A stretch of DNA of 64,000 nucleotides, taken from a virus (Duplodnaviria; Caudoviricetes). Shown piece after piece: positions 1 to 10,472 of this stretch. A program made the position numbers and the translations under genes. The stretch is taken from the IMG/VR virus record IMGVR_UViG_3300022661_000051; one strand, written 5' to 3'. The notes beneath the pieces are model-generated. The model had not been told where the DNA came from. It was given only the letters and a program-made list of their open reading frames with translations, and did no database searches. The number at the start of each line of letters is the position of its first letter. The first letter of the stretch is position 1.

Positions 1-1215
1 TTCGCCCCCGCTTGTTCCGTGCTTTTTACCTTTTCGAACAATATATGGGTATGATCCCCATTTAGTATTAGGAACAGCTTTTTTAGTGTTGTAAAGTTTA
101 ATAGCTTTTGAATTGATAGTGTTGATCTTGTCGTCTTTTCCTAAACCATTAATTCCTAATGATAATTCAGTTAAATGATTAAGTTCAGTGAAAACATATG
201 GATTAAGATCTCGAACAATCTGTCCTTTGAAAGTTATAGTTTCACTAATAGGAGGTTCAAAATTACTCATTCCGTCTCGAGGAACACTTAATGGATGAAC
301 TCCTATAATTTTAGCAAAAAAGATTATTGTGTTTGTATCGTCTACAACAATCTTCCAAATAGAAAATTGTTTATAGTTTATCATATCTTTAATATATGCA
401 TTCTTAGTTGGACGAATTTCTCTCATATATTCTTGTCTATGATATTCATCATACGCTTTGAAAAAGTTATAAACGTCGAGATACTTAGTATCTCGAAACA
501 TAAGAGAAAAATCTACAAAGTAATCCGAAATTTCAGAACCGTCTCTATAAGACGTTCCGATCTGATATAGATTTGTATTTGTTAAAGTTTCCGACGCTGT
601 AATTCCAGGTAAATCTAATGTAGAAGCTACTTGGTTCGATAGCAGCGGAATAAATTTGTTTTTCACATTAAATCCGTTTGGATATATTGATGAGGATTCG
701 TTATCGAAGGTCTGTTGTAATGATAATAGACTTGCAGGATTTTGTTCTTTTGCATATAAGAAATATGGAGACTTCTTTAATGGCTCATATAATTCAAACG
801 ATTTATGAACGTCGAATATATGAAGATCTGGTTTTGAAAAGAATAAGTATTCTCTTGCAGATAAACATTCATGGCTAGGATCGAGTATTCCATATCTAGC
901 AAATTTGTTAAAACGATCCCCATGAATTTGATCTCCATCGAAAATATTACTATCGTTGAGAATGGATCTCATAGTAATAACATTTTGAGCAGTCTCGCCA
1001 GGATTATCGTAGTTGTTAATATCTTCTTGAACGATATCAATATCAGAATATGGGAGTCTGAATGGATATCGATACCTTTTATTTCTTTCGCGATCAGAGA
1101 TGGTTATTGCCTTAGAGTCTGGTGTTTTTTCTGGGTGGAGATGTTCAGTGATACCTCCATCTTTATCTTTTATTCCATTTATATATTTTGAGTTTCTAAT
1201 CTCATCGAAAACCAT
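1..1215 (-). CDS. tail-tube-like/baseplate virion protein (partial, runs off left edge; absent from ORF track)
   Basis: Manual translation from ATG 1215 (GGAGGAGG RBS, late promoter 1247-1259) is open for 405 codons. Motifs REYLFFSKPDLHI and FIPLLSN resemble tube-fold baseplate proteins of phiKZ/AR9-like phages. Confidence 0.65.
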   Translation of the reverse strand, partial: MVFDEIRNSKYINGIKDKDGGITEHLHPEKTPDSKAITISDRERNKRYRYPFRLPYSDIDIVQEDINNYDNPGETAQNVITMRSILNDSNIFDGDQIHGDRFNKFARYGILDPSHECLSAREYLFFSKPDLHIFDVHKSFELYEPLKKSPYFLYAKEQNPASLLSLQQTFDNESSSIYPNGFNVKNKFIPLLSNQVASTLDLPGITASETLTNTNLYQIGTSYRDGSEISDYFVDFSLMFRDTKYLDVYNFFKAYDEYHRQEYMREIRPTKNAYIKDMINYKQFSIWKIVVDDTNTIIFFAKIIGVHPLSVPRDGMSNFEPPISETITFKGQIVRDLNPYVFTELNHLTELSLGINGLGKDDKINTINSKAIKLYNTKKAVPNTKWGSYPYIVRKGKKHGTSGGE

Positions 1216-1246
1216 AAAATTATCCTCCTCCCTTTGATAGGTCATA

Positions 1247-1259
1247 TTATAGAAATGTT
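1247..1259 (-). promoter_or_regulatory. late-type promoter AAC(A/T)-N6-T(A/G) (representative of about 24 copies)
   Basis: AACATTTCTATAA. Same motif, given as leftmost base, at 1733+, 5015+, 10445+, 19292-, 23230-, 24199-, 26431-, 26736+, 32080-, 36251-, 36363-, 36581-, 37316-, 48270-, 48398-, 50032-, 50799-, 51438+, 54010+, 55256-, 56039-, 56097+, 57895-, 58213-. Matches the AR9 nvRNAP consensus AACA-N6-TA/G. Confidence 0.8.
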
Positions 1260-1279
1260 CGGCCCAAAAAAATCTTCAC

Positions 1280-1297
1280 TTATATATCATAAAGGTG
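1280..1297 (+). promoter_or_regulatory. early-type promoter TTRTATAYYATWNNNRTG (representative of 9 copies)
   Basis: TTATATATCATAAAGGTG. Also 17659-17676(-), 18688-18705(-), 19341-19358(+), 23786-23803(-), 32134-32151(+), 41300-41317(-), 46933-46950(-), 50837-50854(+). Core resembles the phiKZ early promoter TATATTAC. Confidence 0.7.
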
Positions 1298-1412
1298 TAA
1301 AGAGTAAAGGTGTGACTACTTTTTGGATGTACACAACATCCCCTTCCCTTCACTATAACAGTATTGTATTTTAATAACAACGATTTTTTAACTAAGGTAA
1401 GGAGATGGTATT

Positions 1413-1694
1413 ATGCCAATGAGAGACGTACAGAAAATGTTTAGAGACCAGGAAGAATTTGCGGCTAAAAGAGCAGCCCAGTTAGATGTAATGTATAACG
1501 ACGAGATTAATCGTATCTACAATGAACGAATAGCCGAGGGTTGTTCAAGTTCAAATGTAGATAAAGCAGTTAATCCGATTATTCATATATCTACACAGGC
1601 ATCTAGTAATTGCAATTTCAATATAACTTTAAGCGATTCTCAGTTCGAAGCTTTCAAAGAGATGGTTAGAGATACATTGATGTTATTGTCCTAA
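1413..1694 (+). CDS. hypothetical early protein
   Basis: AAGGAG RBS, downstream of early-type promoter, 93 aa. Confidence 0.65.
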   Translation: MPMRDVQKMFRDQEEFAAKRAAQLDVMYNDEINRIYNERIAEGCSSSNVDKAVNPIIHISTQASSNCNFNITLSDSQFEAFKEMVRDTLMLLS

Positions 1695-1774
1695 TTATCA
1701 CATATTGTGGTCACACCTTTTTATTTTTTGAAAACATACTAATAAAATTATTAAATTAGAGGAGGTTAATAAAA

Positions 1775-3352
1775 ATGAATGGTAGAGAATACTTTCACGA
1801 ATCAGTTGTTCGTGATATCGTAGATATACTAACTTCAGTAAAAGATTACGATGAAGTACAATTCCTCAAAAATTCAAGTACGAATAGAAGTTTTAAATCA
1901 ATAACTTCTGCAACTAAGGATCTTATTCTTACTTTCCCAGTTTTGGTAAGTTCTGATGCTGATCCTGCTACTGCATGTATGATCGCTAAAGCACAGGAGA
2001 AGAAGTGTGCTTCTCTTCTTCATATGCTTTTCACTGCAATTTGCGTTGATTCTAATGAAGACGTATTTGACTATGTAAAGAAATTCCATACAAATCTCGG
2101 CGCTATGGATGGAAGTCTTGAAGATTATACAGATTCTTTGGATCGTCTTGCTGCATCCCTCGAAGGTTATGAGTTTGTCGGTAAGATTGACAAGCCTGTT
2201 TTAAATGCTGTTCTTGAAGATCTTAAACAGTCTAATTATACGCTTCCTGATGATGTTAAGGAAACAGGACTCGATGAATACTCTATTATTCCAGCTTGGA
2301 CAACTGGCGGAAAAGCTCAGGTTATTCATGAGTATGATAAATCATTATCTCCTGCTGCATATGCTTATTCTAAAGCAAAAGAGAAGTATGAAGATAGAAT
2401 AAACAATTTACAAGGCGTTATCGATAATAAGGATAATATAATAGCAAGAAAAAATGATTCTATTCGTAGCGCTAATATAGCAAGAGGTGAAGCTGAAAGA
2501 CGTAACGCGTCATTAAGCGATAAGAATAATTCTCTCATGCTAAAGAATCGCGATTTGAAAAATCAGCTTGATAATGCAAAAAACGCTTCAATGAACGGCG
2601 GAGGTAGAAATAACGATTATGACATCAAGAATTCTCTTGATTATGCTAAGTGGAAAGAAGCTTCATATAAAGCTCATGATCTTACCATTCTTAATAATGA
2701 ATATAAGAAAGCTAATGAACTTCAGCCTACTATGATGGTAGTTAATTTCATTCAGAAGGGTGAAGCTGGTTCTCCATCAATGGCTACTACGGCTGTTATT
2801 GGCATTAAGTGCAAAGTATATCCGGTTTCATCATCAGATATATGTCGCAGAATAATTTCAAAGATTGAAGATAAAAATGTTCTTAATAGCTTTATCAGAG
2901 CTACAACAAATGAGATCGGATTCTTCCGTGATTTTCTTTTTGCAATTGATAAAGCAAAGATCGATGCTATGTCATATGGCAGATCTTCAACTTCAAATAA
3001 ACTCTGGAAGGTTCTTGAAAGACGTTCAACTAAGAGTAAGTTCAGAAGAGCGCTTAAGATGTCCAATGACGCTACTGCTATCAGTACACTTGTTCTTACA
3101 GAGAATGATGTTGATTATCTCCAGAAGAACAATAATATCGATATAGAAAAGCCGGCGACTGCAAGAAAGATTCTTGACGCTTATAACTTTATGTGTATCG
3201 TTATTGCAAATGAATCTATCGAAACTGCGTCGTTCCTTTATGATACCGGCGATGATAATTACGAGAGACTTACATTCTCAAATCTCGAAAGAGAAGCCAG
3301 TGATAATGGCTATAAGAAGATTGTAAATCTCCTGACAAAAATGAACCGTTAA
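1775..3352 (+). CDS. putative virion structural protein with internal coiled-coil insert
   Basis: Late promoter 1733, GGAGG RBS, heads a structural cluster, protease-like sites FHE|S and IHE|Y. Confidence 0.6.
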   Translation: MNGREYFHESVVRDIVDILTSVKDYDEVQFLKNSSTNRSFKSITSATKDLILTFPVLVSSDADPATACMIAKAQEKKCASLLHMLFTAICVDSNEDVFDYVKKFHTNLGAMDGSLEDYTDSLDRLAASLEGYEFVGKIDKPVLNAVLEDLKQSNYTLPDDVKETGLDEYSIIPAWTTGGKAQVIHEYDKSLSPAAYAYSKAKEKYEDRINNLQGVIDNKDNIIARKNDSIRSANIARGEAERRNASLSDKNNSLMLKNRDLKNQLDNAKNASMNGGGRNNDYDIKNSLDYAKWKEASYKAHDLTILNNEYKKANELQPTMMVVNFIQKGEAGSPSMATTAVIGIKCKVYPVSSSDICRRIISKIEDKNVLNSFIRATTNEIGFFRDFLFAIDKAKIDAMSYGRSSTSNKLWKVLERRSTKSKFRRALKMSNDATAISTLVLTENDVDYLQKNNNIDIEKPATARKILDAYNFMCIVIANESIETASFLYDTGDDNYERLTFSNLEREASDNGYKKIVNLLTKMNR

Positions 3353-3377
3353 TTTTTTGTAAAGGAGGGTTAAAATT

Positions 3378-4991
3378 ATGGCTATTTTTACTGAATCAGA
3401 GCTTAATGATCTCTTTGAAGAGAAATGCAAGCCGGACTTAGATAATAAAGCTGATAATGGTGATACTAAAGCTTCTAAAAAGAGTCCTAAGAATACAATG
3501 AAACTTCGTCTTAAAGAAGACGGAGATCTTGTGGATGATGATATAAATAATGACGGTTATACTTCTATCGAGGAAACAATTGATATTAACGGTAAGAAGT
3601 ATCGTCTCATGACAAAATCCGACGAAAAGAATGCCGCTGAAAGGGGTATTTCTGTTAAGGATGCTGTTATTATAAACGGCAAGAAATATATCTATGATCA
3701 GAAATCCCAGAAGGCCTATGATAGAAAGCATCCTATCGAAACTCTCTCAAGAAAGACAGGTGCTGCTCTTGGAGCTGCTGGAGGTGCAGTTATCGGAGGC
3801 GCTGGAGGTGCTGTTGCTGGTGCCGCTCTTGGTACAACAGCCGGATCTCTTACCGGAGCTGTAATTGGTTCTACAACTGGAGGTACAGCTGCTACTAGAG
3901 CTATTCGTAAGGTAACAGATATTCCTGACAAAGTTTCTAAGAAAATAAAGAAAGAAGAATTCGACTTCAGAACAGTATACAGAGATCCTGGATATACTGC
4001 TGCAATGAATGAGTTCTTTGATATTGATGATCATCAGAACAGGCGCATTATGCTTGCGATCAATGAAGATGACCAGAGTAAAGTTCTTGTAGGTCTTACT
4101 GCAAAGCTTTATGAAAATATCATCGATAAGGTAGATGATATCGACTTCGGTGAGATTCCTCTCACTAAGGGTGAGTTCACAAAACTTCCTAATTATACAA
4201 CAATCATGGATTCTCTCTCTACAATGAGAAATCTCCTTGTTGAATATAAACAGGATACTGCTCCTGTAGACACAATCTATAATGCAGTGTCAAATATTGT
4301 TGATATGACACCTACATGGAAAAAGGCATATAGTCTCAATGTTGAACTTCCGATGGTAATGTATAATACTATCGCTCTTTCAATTATTGAAGCTACAAGT
4401 TATATGATATCTATGTGTGTTGAGTACATTAAGTCTCCTTCACATGATACATTCCAGATTACAATAGATAAAACTGCTCTCAATAAGACAAAGGGTCATA
4501 TGGTCTTCGAGAATCTTCAGAAGTTTAATGATGCTTGTCGTAAGGGACAGGTCGAAAAGGCTATGGATTATGTAATTAAAGAAAACTCAAAAGGCTTCGG
4601 TGGTATGGAAATCGGCGCTGGTGCAGCTATCGCTGGAGTTACTTTACTTCTCTTCTGTATAATTCCGATTATAAGAGAGCTCATCTTCTTGTTCTACTAT
4701 TCAAGAGTGAGTGTATCTGAGTATTTTGAGGCTCAGGCTAGTATGCTTCAGGTTAATGCATATAATGTGGAGAATAATCGTCCTGATCTTACAAAAGAAC
4801 AGAAAAAGAATATTTCTTCTAAACAGATGAAGATTGCTGAAAAGTTCAGAAACTTCAGCAATAAGATCAGCATCGATTGTAAGGAAGCTGAAAAGAAAGC
4901 TTCTAAAGAGATGGCTACTTCTAATAAGAAATATAAAGTTGAAGATGTCGTTGATACAATGCCAGATTCAGCTAGTAGTGCTCTCTTCTAA
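3378..4991 (+). CDS. putative virion protein with glycine-zipper insert and C-terminal hydrophobic helix
   Basis: GAALGAAGGAVIGGAGGAVAGAALG segment, hydrophobic AAIAGVTLLLFCIIPII segment, N-terminal FTE|S site. Confidence 0.6.
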   Translation: MAIFTESELNDLFEEKCKPDLDNKADNGDTKASKKSPKNTMKLRLKEDGDLVDDDINNDGYTSIEETIDINGKKYRLMTKSDEKNAAERGISVKDAVIINGKKYIYDQKSQKAYDRKHPIETLSRKTGAALGAAGGAVIGGAGGAVAGAALGTTAGSLTGAVIGSTTGGTAATRAIRKVTDIPDKVSKKIKKEEFDFRTVYRDPGYTAAMNEFFDIDDHQNRRIMLAINEDDQSKVLVGLTAKLYENIIDKVDDIDFGEIPLTKGEFTKLPNYTTIMDSLSTMRNLLVEYKQDTAPVDTIYNAVSNIVDMTPTWKKAYSLNVELPMVMYNTIALSIIEATSYMISMCVEYIKSPSHDTFQITIDKTALNKTKGHMVFENLQKFNDACRKGQVEKAMDYVIKENSKGFGGMEIGAGAAIAGVTLLLFCIIPIIRELIFLFYYSRVSVSEYFEAQASMLQVNAYNVENNRPDLTKEQKKNISSKQMKIAEKFRNFSNKISIDCKEAEKKASKEMATSNKKYKVEDVVDTMPDSASSALF

Positions 4992-5113
4992 TCAGATTAA
5001 ATAGCCTTTTCAATAACATAATAATAAATCTGGAAGTATTTCACCAGAGGAGCTTTATATATTATATAATGTATAATACTTTAAACAAATTTTTTATAAG
5101 GAGGATATTCAAT

Positions 5114-6403
5114 ATGGGTATTTTTACTAATAATACACTTTCAACAGTTGGCGGAGTAGACTATACTCAGCTTCCTGCTCTCGAAGGTTATGATGCTACT
5201 ACTGGTTTTGCAGTAGCTATGCTTGAAACTCAGCAGAATGACATGGCTCTCTTCAATGCCATCGTTATGGAAGACTATAAAGAACTTAAGGCTGTTCAGG
5301 AAGGTTACGAAGTAATCAACGAATCTGCCGCTGACGTTCTTAACAAGATCAAGGAGTTCTTCGTTAAGCTCCTTCAGAAGATCAAGGGTATCTTCAAGGC
5401 ATTCCTCGGAAAGCTTTCACAGGTATTCGGCTCTAACAGAGGCGTATATGACAAGTACAAGAAGCAGATCGCTTCATATACTAACTGGAAAGACTTCAAG
5501 GTTAAGGATTTCCGTAAGGTTAAGGGTGACAAGAGTGGTCTCGATGCTATTACTTCAGCCGCAGGTTACGAAATTAATAATATGACTTATAATATCGGCT
5601 ATAATGCATCAGGAAAAAATGGCGGAGGCTATATCTGCACCGATGGTAAAATTAAATATTCTGATATGATCGGAAATGAAGCTCTTGATACTGATGATAT
5701 CTACGAAGATCTTATCAAGGGTAGACTTAAATCATCAGAACTCAAATCAGAACTCGACACTGATATTAAGAATATGAACAAGGCATTTATGGATACAGTA
5801 TTTGATGATGCCGAGACAGCAGATGAGTGGAAGGCAAGTGATATTACCGGAACTAATATTGGCCTTGTTCTTTACGATGCCGACAAGATCAAGAAGACAG
5901 TAAATGATCTTGCTAAAAATCTCGAGTCTAATATCAATAAGATAATCAATAAGATCGATACAGAGCAGGGTAAGATCGCTAAGGAACTTGTAAAGAAAGA
6001 CGGTAAATATAACTCCGCACATATAGCTGCAACTGCCAAGACTGGTACAAAAAATAAGGCAGATATTGCTACAACTTCAAATTATTCTTTCGATACAGAA
6101 GCTCCCAGCAGCACAACGATAATGAATTATGGTGGAACAGGTAAAGGAAGCCTCGAAACTCTCAACAAGATGATTTCAAATGTAAATAAAATTGCTACTC
6201 AGGAGCAGACTCTTATTCAGTCTCTCAATGCAGCTTCACTTTCTGCAATGAAGTTCCTTATTTCACAGGCAAGAAAGGTATGGGCATCAGCTGCAGCTTA
6301 TTCTTCAAGAGAGCATAAGAACGAAGGCTACGAATTCTATACAGCAATCGGCGAAGCTTCTGCATATGACTTTATGTCAGATATGGAAGCTATTAACGCA
6401 TAA
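5114..6403 (+). CDS. internal head protein (phiKZ internal-protein-like), paralog 1
   Basis: Start reassigned to MGIFT (AGGAGG RBS). VINE|S followed by the amphipathic KIKEFFVKLLQKIKGIF helix shared with the next three genes. Confidence 0.65.
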   Translation: MGIFTNNTLSTVGGVDYTQLPALEGYDATTGFAVAMLETQQNDMALFNAIVMEDYKELKAVQEGYEVINESAADVLNKIKEFFVKLLQKIKGIFKAFLGKLSQVFGSNRGVYDKYKKQIASYTNWKDFKVKDFRKVKGDKSGLDAITSAAGYEINNMTYNIGYNASGKNGGGYICTDGKIKYSDMIGNEALDTDDIYEDLIKGRLKSSELKSELDTDIKNMNKAFMDTVFDDAETADEWKASDITGTNIGLVLYDADKIKKTVNDLAKNLESNINKIINKIDTEQGKIAKELVKKDGKYNSAHIAATAKTGTKNKADIATTSNYSFDTEAPSSTTIMNYGGTGKGSLETLNKMISNVNKIATQEQTLIQSLNAASLSAMKFLISQARKVWASAAAYSSREHKNEGYEFYTAIGEASAYDFMSDMEAINA

Positions 6404-6463
6404 TAATAAATTTCAAAAATTATTACTTTATAATAAATAAAATAATAAGGAGGAATAAATACT

Positions 6464-7669
6464 ATGGGTATTTTTACTAATACAGCTGCTCTCAATGAGG
6501 GCACATCATATGTTGACCTCTTCTCTCCGGCTGAAGTTGAACTTCAGACGGAGGGTTGCGAGATCAATTTCACAGAAGCTGCTGTTGTAGCAGTTGCTGA
6601 ATGTGAAGAGGTATATAACAAGTCAATGAAGGCTATCGGTATCGGTGAGCTTATGTTCATTGAAAGCCATGGTCATGAAATTATCTATGAGGCAGTTGAC
6701 CTCAAAGCAATCGGCGAAAAGATCAAGATGTTCTTCAAGAAGATCATCGATAAAGTAAAGTCTATTCTTCATGCCTTCATCGTAAAGATGTCATCATTCT
6801 TCTCTTCAGGTAAGGGATTTGTTGACAAGTATAAGAAGGAATTCGTTCGTAAGTGGGCAGATGTTAAGGGTGACTTCGAGTTCAAGGGATACAAATTCTC
6901 AATCGCAGGTATATCTAAGAGCGATAAGGTTGCTAAGGATAATATGGAAAAATTCAACACTAAACTCGGCGCTATCCTGGCAGGTGTAGGCATTGCTAGC
7001 GGAGATGTTACATTTGATGCTAGCGTGACAACAGATGATCTTTCAACAAAAGCTAAGAAGATCAAGGAAGATTCTGAAGAGGAAGCTGATAAGGCAAGAG
7101 CTGCTGCTTATGATCTTTTTGCAACTAAATTTGCTACAGGAACTAAATCAACAGCTACATCTATGGATTCAAAGGAATTCTCAGAAGAGCTCTTCAAGGT
7201 TCTCAGAAGCGGCGAAGATACTAAGGAATCAATTGAAAAGAGTTCACTTTCTACAACAGATATTATCGCTCCTCTTGAGAATGATAAGAAGGTTAAGGAA
7301 GCTGCTACTACAGTATCAGAGTCTATCGTAAAGCAGGCTAATAAGTGTATCGATATTATCGATAAGGCTGTTACTAAGATCGTTAAGACTCTCCCTACAA
7401 AGACTGGTAATGATAAAAAGGCTGCAGATGATCTTGGTAATGCTAAGATTGCATTTATCACAGCAGTAAGTGATCATGTACTCAAGCCTTATGCAAGTGC
7501 TTGTGTAACTGGTCAGGGAATCGTTCTCCAGGCTATCAAGGATAATGTAAGCCAGAATAAGGCTATCATGGCTAAGGTTATTGCCGGCGGCAAGAAGATG
7601 ACTGAAGAGTCAGTTGACTACGGTCACGGAAGCACAGGCAGTTTCCTTGACAGCGTTGTAGTAAGATAA
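6464..7669 (+). CDS. internal head protein, paralog 2
   Basis: MGIFT start, LNE|G and IYE|A sites, KIKMFFKKIIDKVKSIL helix, shared F..KGYKF motif. Confidence 0.65.
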   Translation: MGIFTNTAALNEGTSYVDLFSPAEVELQTEGCEINFTEAAVVAVAECEEVYNKSMKAIGIGELMFIESHGHEIIYEAVDLKAIGEKIKMFFKKIIDKVKSILHAFIVKMSSFFSSGKGFVDKYKKEFVRKWADVKGDFEFKGYKFSIAGISKSDKVAKDNMEKFNTKLGAILAGVGIASGDVTFDASVTTDDLSTKAKKIKEDSEEEADKARAAAYDLFATKFATGTKSTATSMDSKEFSEELFKVLRSGEDTKESIEKSSLSTTDIIAPLENDKKVKEAATTVSESIVKQANKCIDIIDKAVTKIVKTLPTKTGNDKKAADDLGNAKIAFITAVSDHVLKPYASACVTGQGIVLQAIKDNVSQNKAIMAKVIAGGKKMTEESVDYGHGSTGSFLDSVVVR

Positions 7670-7698
7670 TTGATTATTTATTCAACGCATAATATACA

Positions 7699-7726
7699 AT
7701 GGGAATACTCGAAAGAGTATTCCCAT
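7699..7726 (+). terminator. intrinsic terminator-like hairpin
   Basis: ATGGGAATACTC-GAAA-GAGTATTCCCAT, followed by a T-rich tract. Confidence 0.7.
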
Positions 7727-7772
7727 CTACTTTGATTTTTTACTATACTATCTATATAAAGGAGGAGTTCGA

Positions 7773-8924
7773 ATGTCTCTATTCTCTAATAATAAATTTA
7801 TGGTTCTCGAGAATAGCGATTCTCAGAAATCAGAGCTTTTCGGTGTTGAGAGTATGTCTTCTGGTCATGCTAGCGACGCTGAGACTTATTCGTTTACTAA
7901 CGAGTCATTTGACTTTGTTGTCGAATATACAAGAGAATACAATACTGTTCTTAAAGAATTCTATAAGAACATTCTTGAATCTAATGATAATCAGGAAATT
8001 ATCAACGAATCATTCTCAGATTTCTTCTCGAAAGTAAAGGCTATCATCAAGAAGTTTATCGAGTTTATCAAGAAGATATTCGCTAAATTTGTTACTAAGA
8101 TGCACAGTCTTTTCAAATCAGAAAAGTATCTTGAAAGAAATAAAGATAAATTCTCACAGTTTGAGTCGAGTGACGAATTTACATATAAGGGTTATAATTT
8201 CACAAAAATGCTTGACGATTGTCCTACATCAAAACCCGTATCATCATGGTTTGCTGACGGTGGTGCAAATGCATCTGTTACAGATCTTTCTGGCGATGAC
8301 CCTCTTGGTGCGATTACAAGTAAGTATGAGAAGTTCATAGACGGACTTGACGACTTCTATGATAGTTTCAGAGGACAGGTTCTTGGAGTCGACTACGATA
8401 TTACATCATCCGACTTTGACAAGGAATGTCGTGAAATCTTCCGTGACGGAGATTCTGATCCTATAGATATCACTATCGATTCTACAAAGGTTATGGAATG
8501 CTATACTCAGTTCCATAATTATCATGATCTTATCAAATCTATCGAAAAGACTAAGAATGATCTTGAGAAGGATTATGATAGTCTCGCTAAGGCATTTGAG
8601 AAGGGACTTAAGAAGGAAAAAGACGGCGACGGCTGGTTCTTTACTTGGGATCCTTCCGTTACAAGAACCAATGTTGCAGTTGATGCTGCTGAGTTTGGCA
8701 ATAAGATAGATTCTGCTGGCAAGAAGCAGATTAAAAATGACGTATACAACAAGATCGATATGTATATGAAGGCTAAAGTTACACAGATTCATAATATGTC
8801 ATCCATTCATACTCTGGCTTTCAGTGCTAAGCTTCAGGCTGCTAGAGATTGTTTTGTTCAGAATAAGTCAATTCTCTATAAAGCTCTTGCAAAGATCCAG
8901 GGTCATAAGAAGACTGCTGTATAA
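7773..8924 (+). CDS. internal head protein, paralog 3
   Basis: IINE|S followed by FFSKVKAIIKKFIEFIKKIF helix; FTYKGYNF motif. Confidence 0.65.
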   Translation: MSLFSNNKFMVLENSDSQKSELFGVESMSSGHASDAETYSFTNESFDFVVEYTREYNTVLKEFYKNILESNDNQEIINESFSDFFSKVKAIIKKFIEFIKKIFAKFVTKMHSLFKSEKYLERNKDKFSQFESSDEFTYKGYNFTKMLDDCPTSKPVSSWFADGGANASVTDLSGDDPLGAITSKYEKFIDGLDDFYDSFRGQVLGVDYDITSSDFDKECREIFRDGDSDPIDITIDSTKVMECYTQFHNYHDLIKSIEKTKNDLEKDYDSLAKAFEKGLKKEKDGDGWFFTWDPSVTRTNVAVDAAEFGNKIDSAGKKQIKNDVYNKIDMYMKAKVTQIHNMSSIHTLAFSAKLQAARDCFVQNKSILYKALAKIQGHKKTAV

Positions 8925-8938
8925 GGAGGGAGGATAAT

Positions 8939-10399
8939 ATGTATAATACAATGGAATATACTGATAGTGTTGCACACTTTTCATTTCTTGAAAGTATGAT
9001 TCATGAACAGAATGAGATGGCTGATTATATCTCAGAATGTGTTATCCTCTCAAACCCTAATAAGAAATATGCTCTTAACGAGCTTGCTTCATTTAACGAA
9101 GGTGCTTTCGGCGATAAGGTTAAGGGTATGTTTACTCGTCTCAAGAGCTTCTTCTCAAGAATATGGCAGAAGTTCCTTGAGAAGCTTAATGCTTGGTCTA
9201 TGGATAATAAGAAGTATCTTGAAGAGTATAAAGATATCATTCTTGGTAAGAAGGTTACTCTCGAATCTGTTAAGATGAGAAATCATAAAGAGGGAGTAAA
9301 TCGTATTATTAATATATACAAGAACAAAGTTAATAGCTTTGCTGTCCCTCTTAAATATGATGAAATCGGTTTCGAAGATGATAACATTAATAGCATAAAT
9401 AAATCTGCTCGAGAAAATATGGCTAATGACAATGAAGCTCGAAACAATGCAGAAAAGGCGTACACAAGAGGCCAGTATACTAGTGTTCTCGAAACATTAG
9501 ATATAAATTTAGGAGTTAATCTTAGCGACGATGATGAATTAAATGGTATAGCTGCATCATTAACCTCTTATTTTAATGGAGGTAATGAAGATGAAACATG
9601 GAGTACAACCAAAATCAATGATAACATGCCTCATATGTTCGATATGTTATATCAGTATAATGATTATGTTGCAGGCTTAACAAAAATGAAAGAAGCGTTC
9701 GTTTCTGCAATGGATAAGAACGAAAAGGCTTATATTGCTCAGTTTGAAAAAATGAAGAAACTTGCTAATACTGAAAATGAAGCTAATAAACCTAATGCAA
9801 CCGAATCTCAGAAAACTTCTGGAGCCGAGGCAGGTTCTGCTCTCAACAAGGCAATTGAAGATGTAAAAAAAGACAATGCTCAGAATGAGGCATTTTCAAG
9901 AGTTTATGGAAAAGCTATAAATGAATCAGAAGTTAAGATCGATAGAGGTTCATCGTCTGCAGCTGGTTCGTCAGCAGGTACTGATTCTGATCGTCCTGAT
10001 ACTGTGAAGTCTGGTACTAATAAAATAGATACTAGCTCGAATAAAAAATCTGGTGCTGATATTTCGAAAAAGGGAACAGATACCGCAGCTCAGATAAAAA
10101 CTGGTGTTGATACTGATAGCGCAGCAAAAAGTGCCACATCTCAGTTCGCTAATCCCAACACTAGACAGGCATCATCAGAACAGCTGGATAATTTCCAGTC
10201 TCATGCAACAGCACTTATTAAAGCATATTCTACTGTAAGAACAACAATCTTCGGTTCTATGCTTAATGGTCTTCAGAATATGAGAGGAGATTATATGGCT
10301 ATTGTAAGAGCTCATGTTAATTCCTATCTTGGTGCTGTAAATAACCCAGATTCTGATACAAGTAGAAAGAGTTCTACTGATAAGGATACTAATCTTTAA
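8939..10399 (+). CDS. internal head protein, paralog 4
   Basis: FNE|G followed by KVKGMFTRLKSFFSRIW helix; internal AINE|S site. Confidence 0.6.
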   Translation: MYNTMEYTDSVAHFSFLESMIHEQNEMADYISECVILSNPNKKYALNELASFNEGAFGDKVKGMFTRLKSFFSRIWQKFLEKLNAWSMDNKKYLEEYKDIILGKKVTLESVKMRNHKEGVNRIINIYKNKVNSFAVPLKYDEIGFEDDNINSINKSARENMANDNEARNNAEKAYTRGQYTSVLETLDINLGVNLSDDDELNGIAASLTSYFNGGNEDETWSTTKINDNMPHMFDMLYQYNDYVAGLTKMKEAFVSAMDKNEKAYIAQFEKMKKLANTENEANKPNATESQKTSGAEAGSALNKAIEDVKKDNAQNEAFSRVYGKAINESEVKIDRGSSSAAGSSAGTDSDRPDTVKSGTNKIDTSSNKKSGADISKKGTDTAAQIKTGVDTDSAAKSATSQFANPNTRQASSEQLDNFQSHATALIKAYSTVRTTIFGSMLNGLQNMRGDYMAIVRAHVNSYLGAVNNPDSDTSRKSSTDKDTNL

Positions 10400-10404
10400 T
10401 ATAC

Positions 10405-10428
10405 ACAGGGCTGGTTCTCCAGCCCTGT
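10405..10428 (+). terminator. intrinsic terminator
   Basis: ACAGGGCTGG-TTCT-CCAGCCCTGT followed by CTCTTTT. Confidence 0.7.
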
Positions 10429-10472
10429 CTCTTTTGCTCTCAAGAACTTTATTATAAAGAGAGGTGTTAATT

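Noticed and set aside
295-1191. Three plus-strand ORFs in the track (295-570, 678-878, 871-1191)
   Set aside because: Shadows of the real minus-strand gene 1-1215, which has an RBS, a promoter and conserved motifs.
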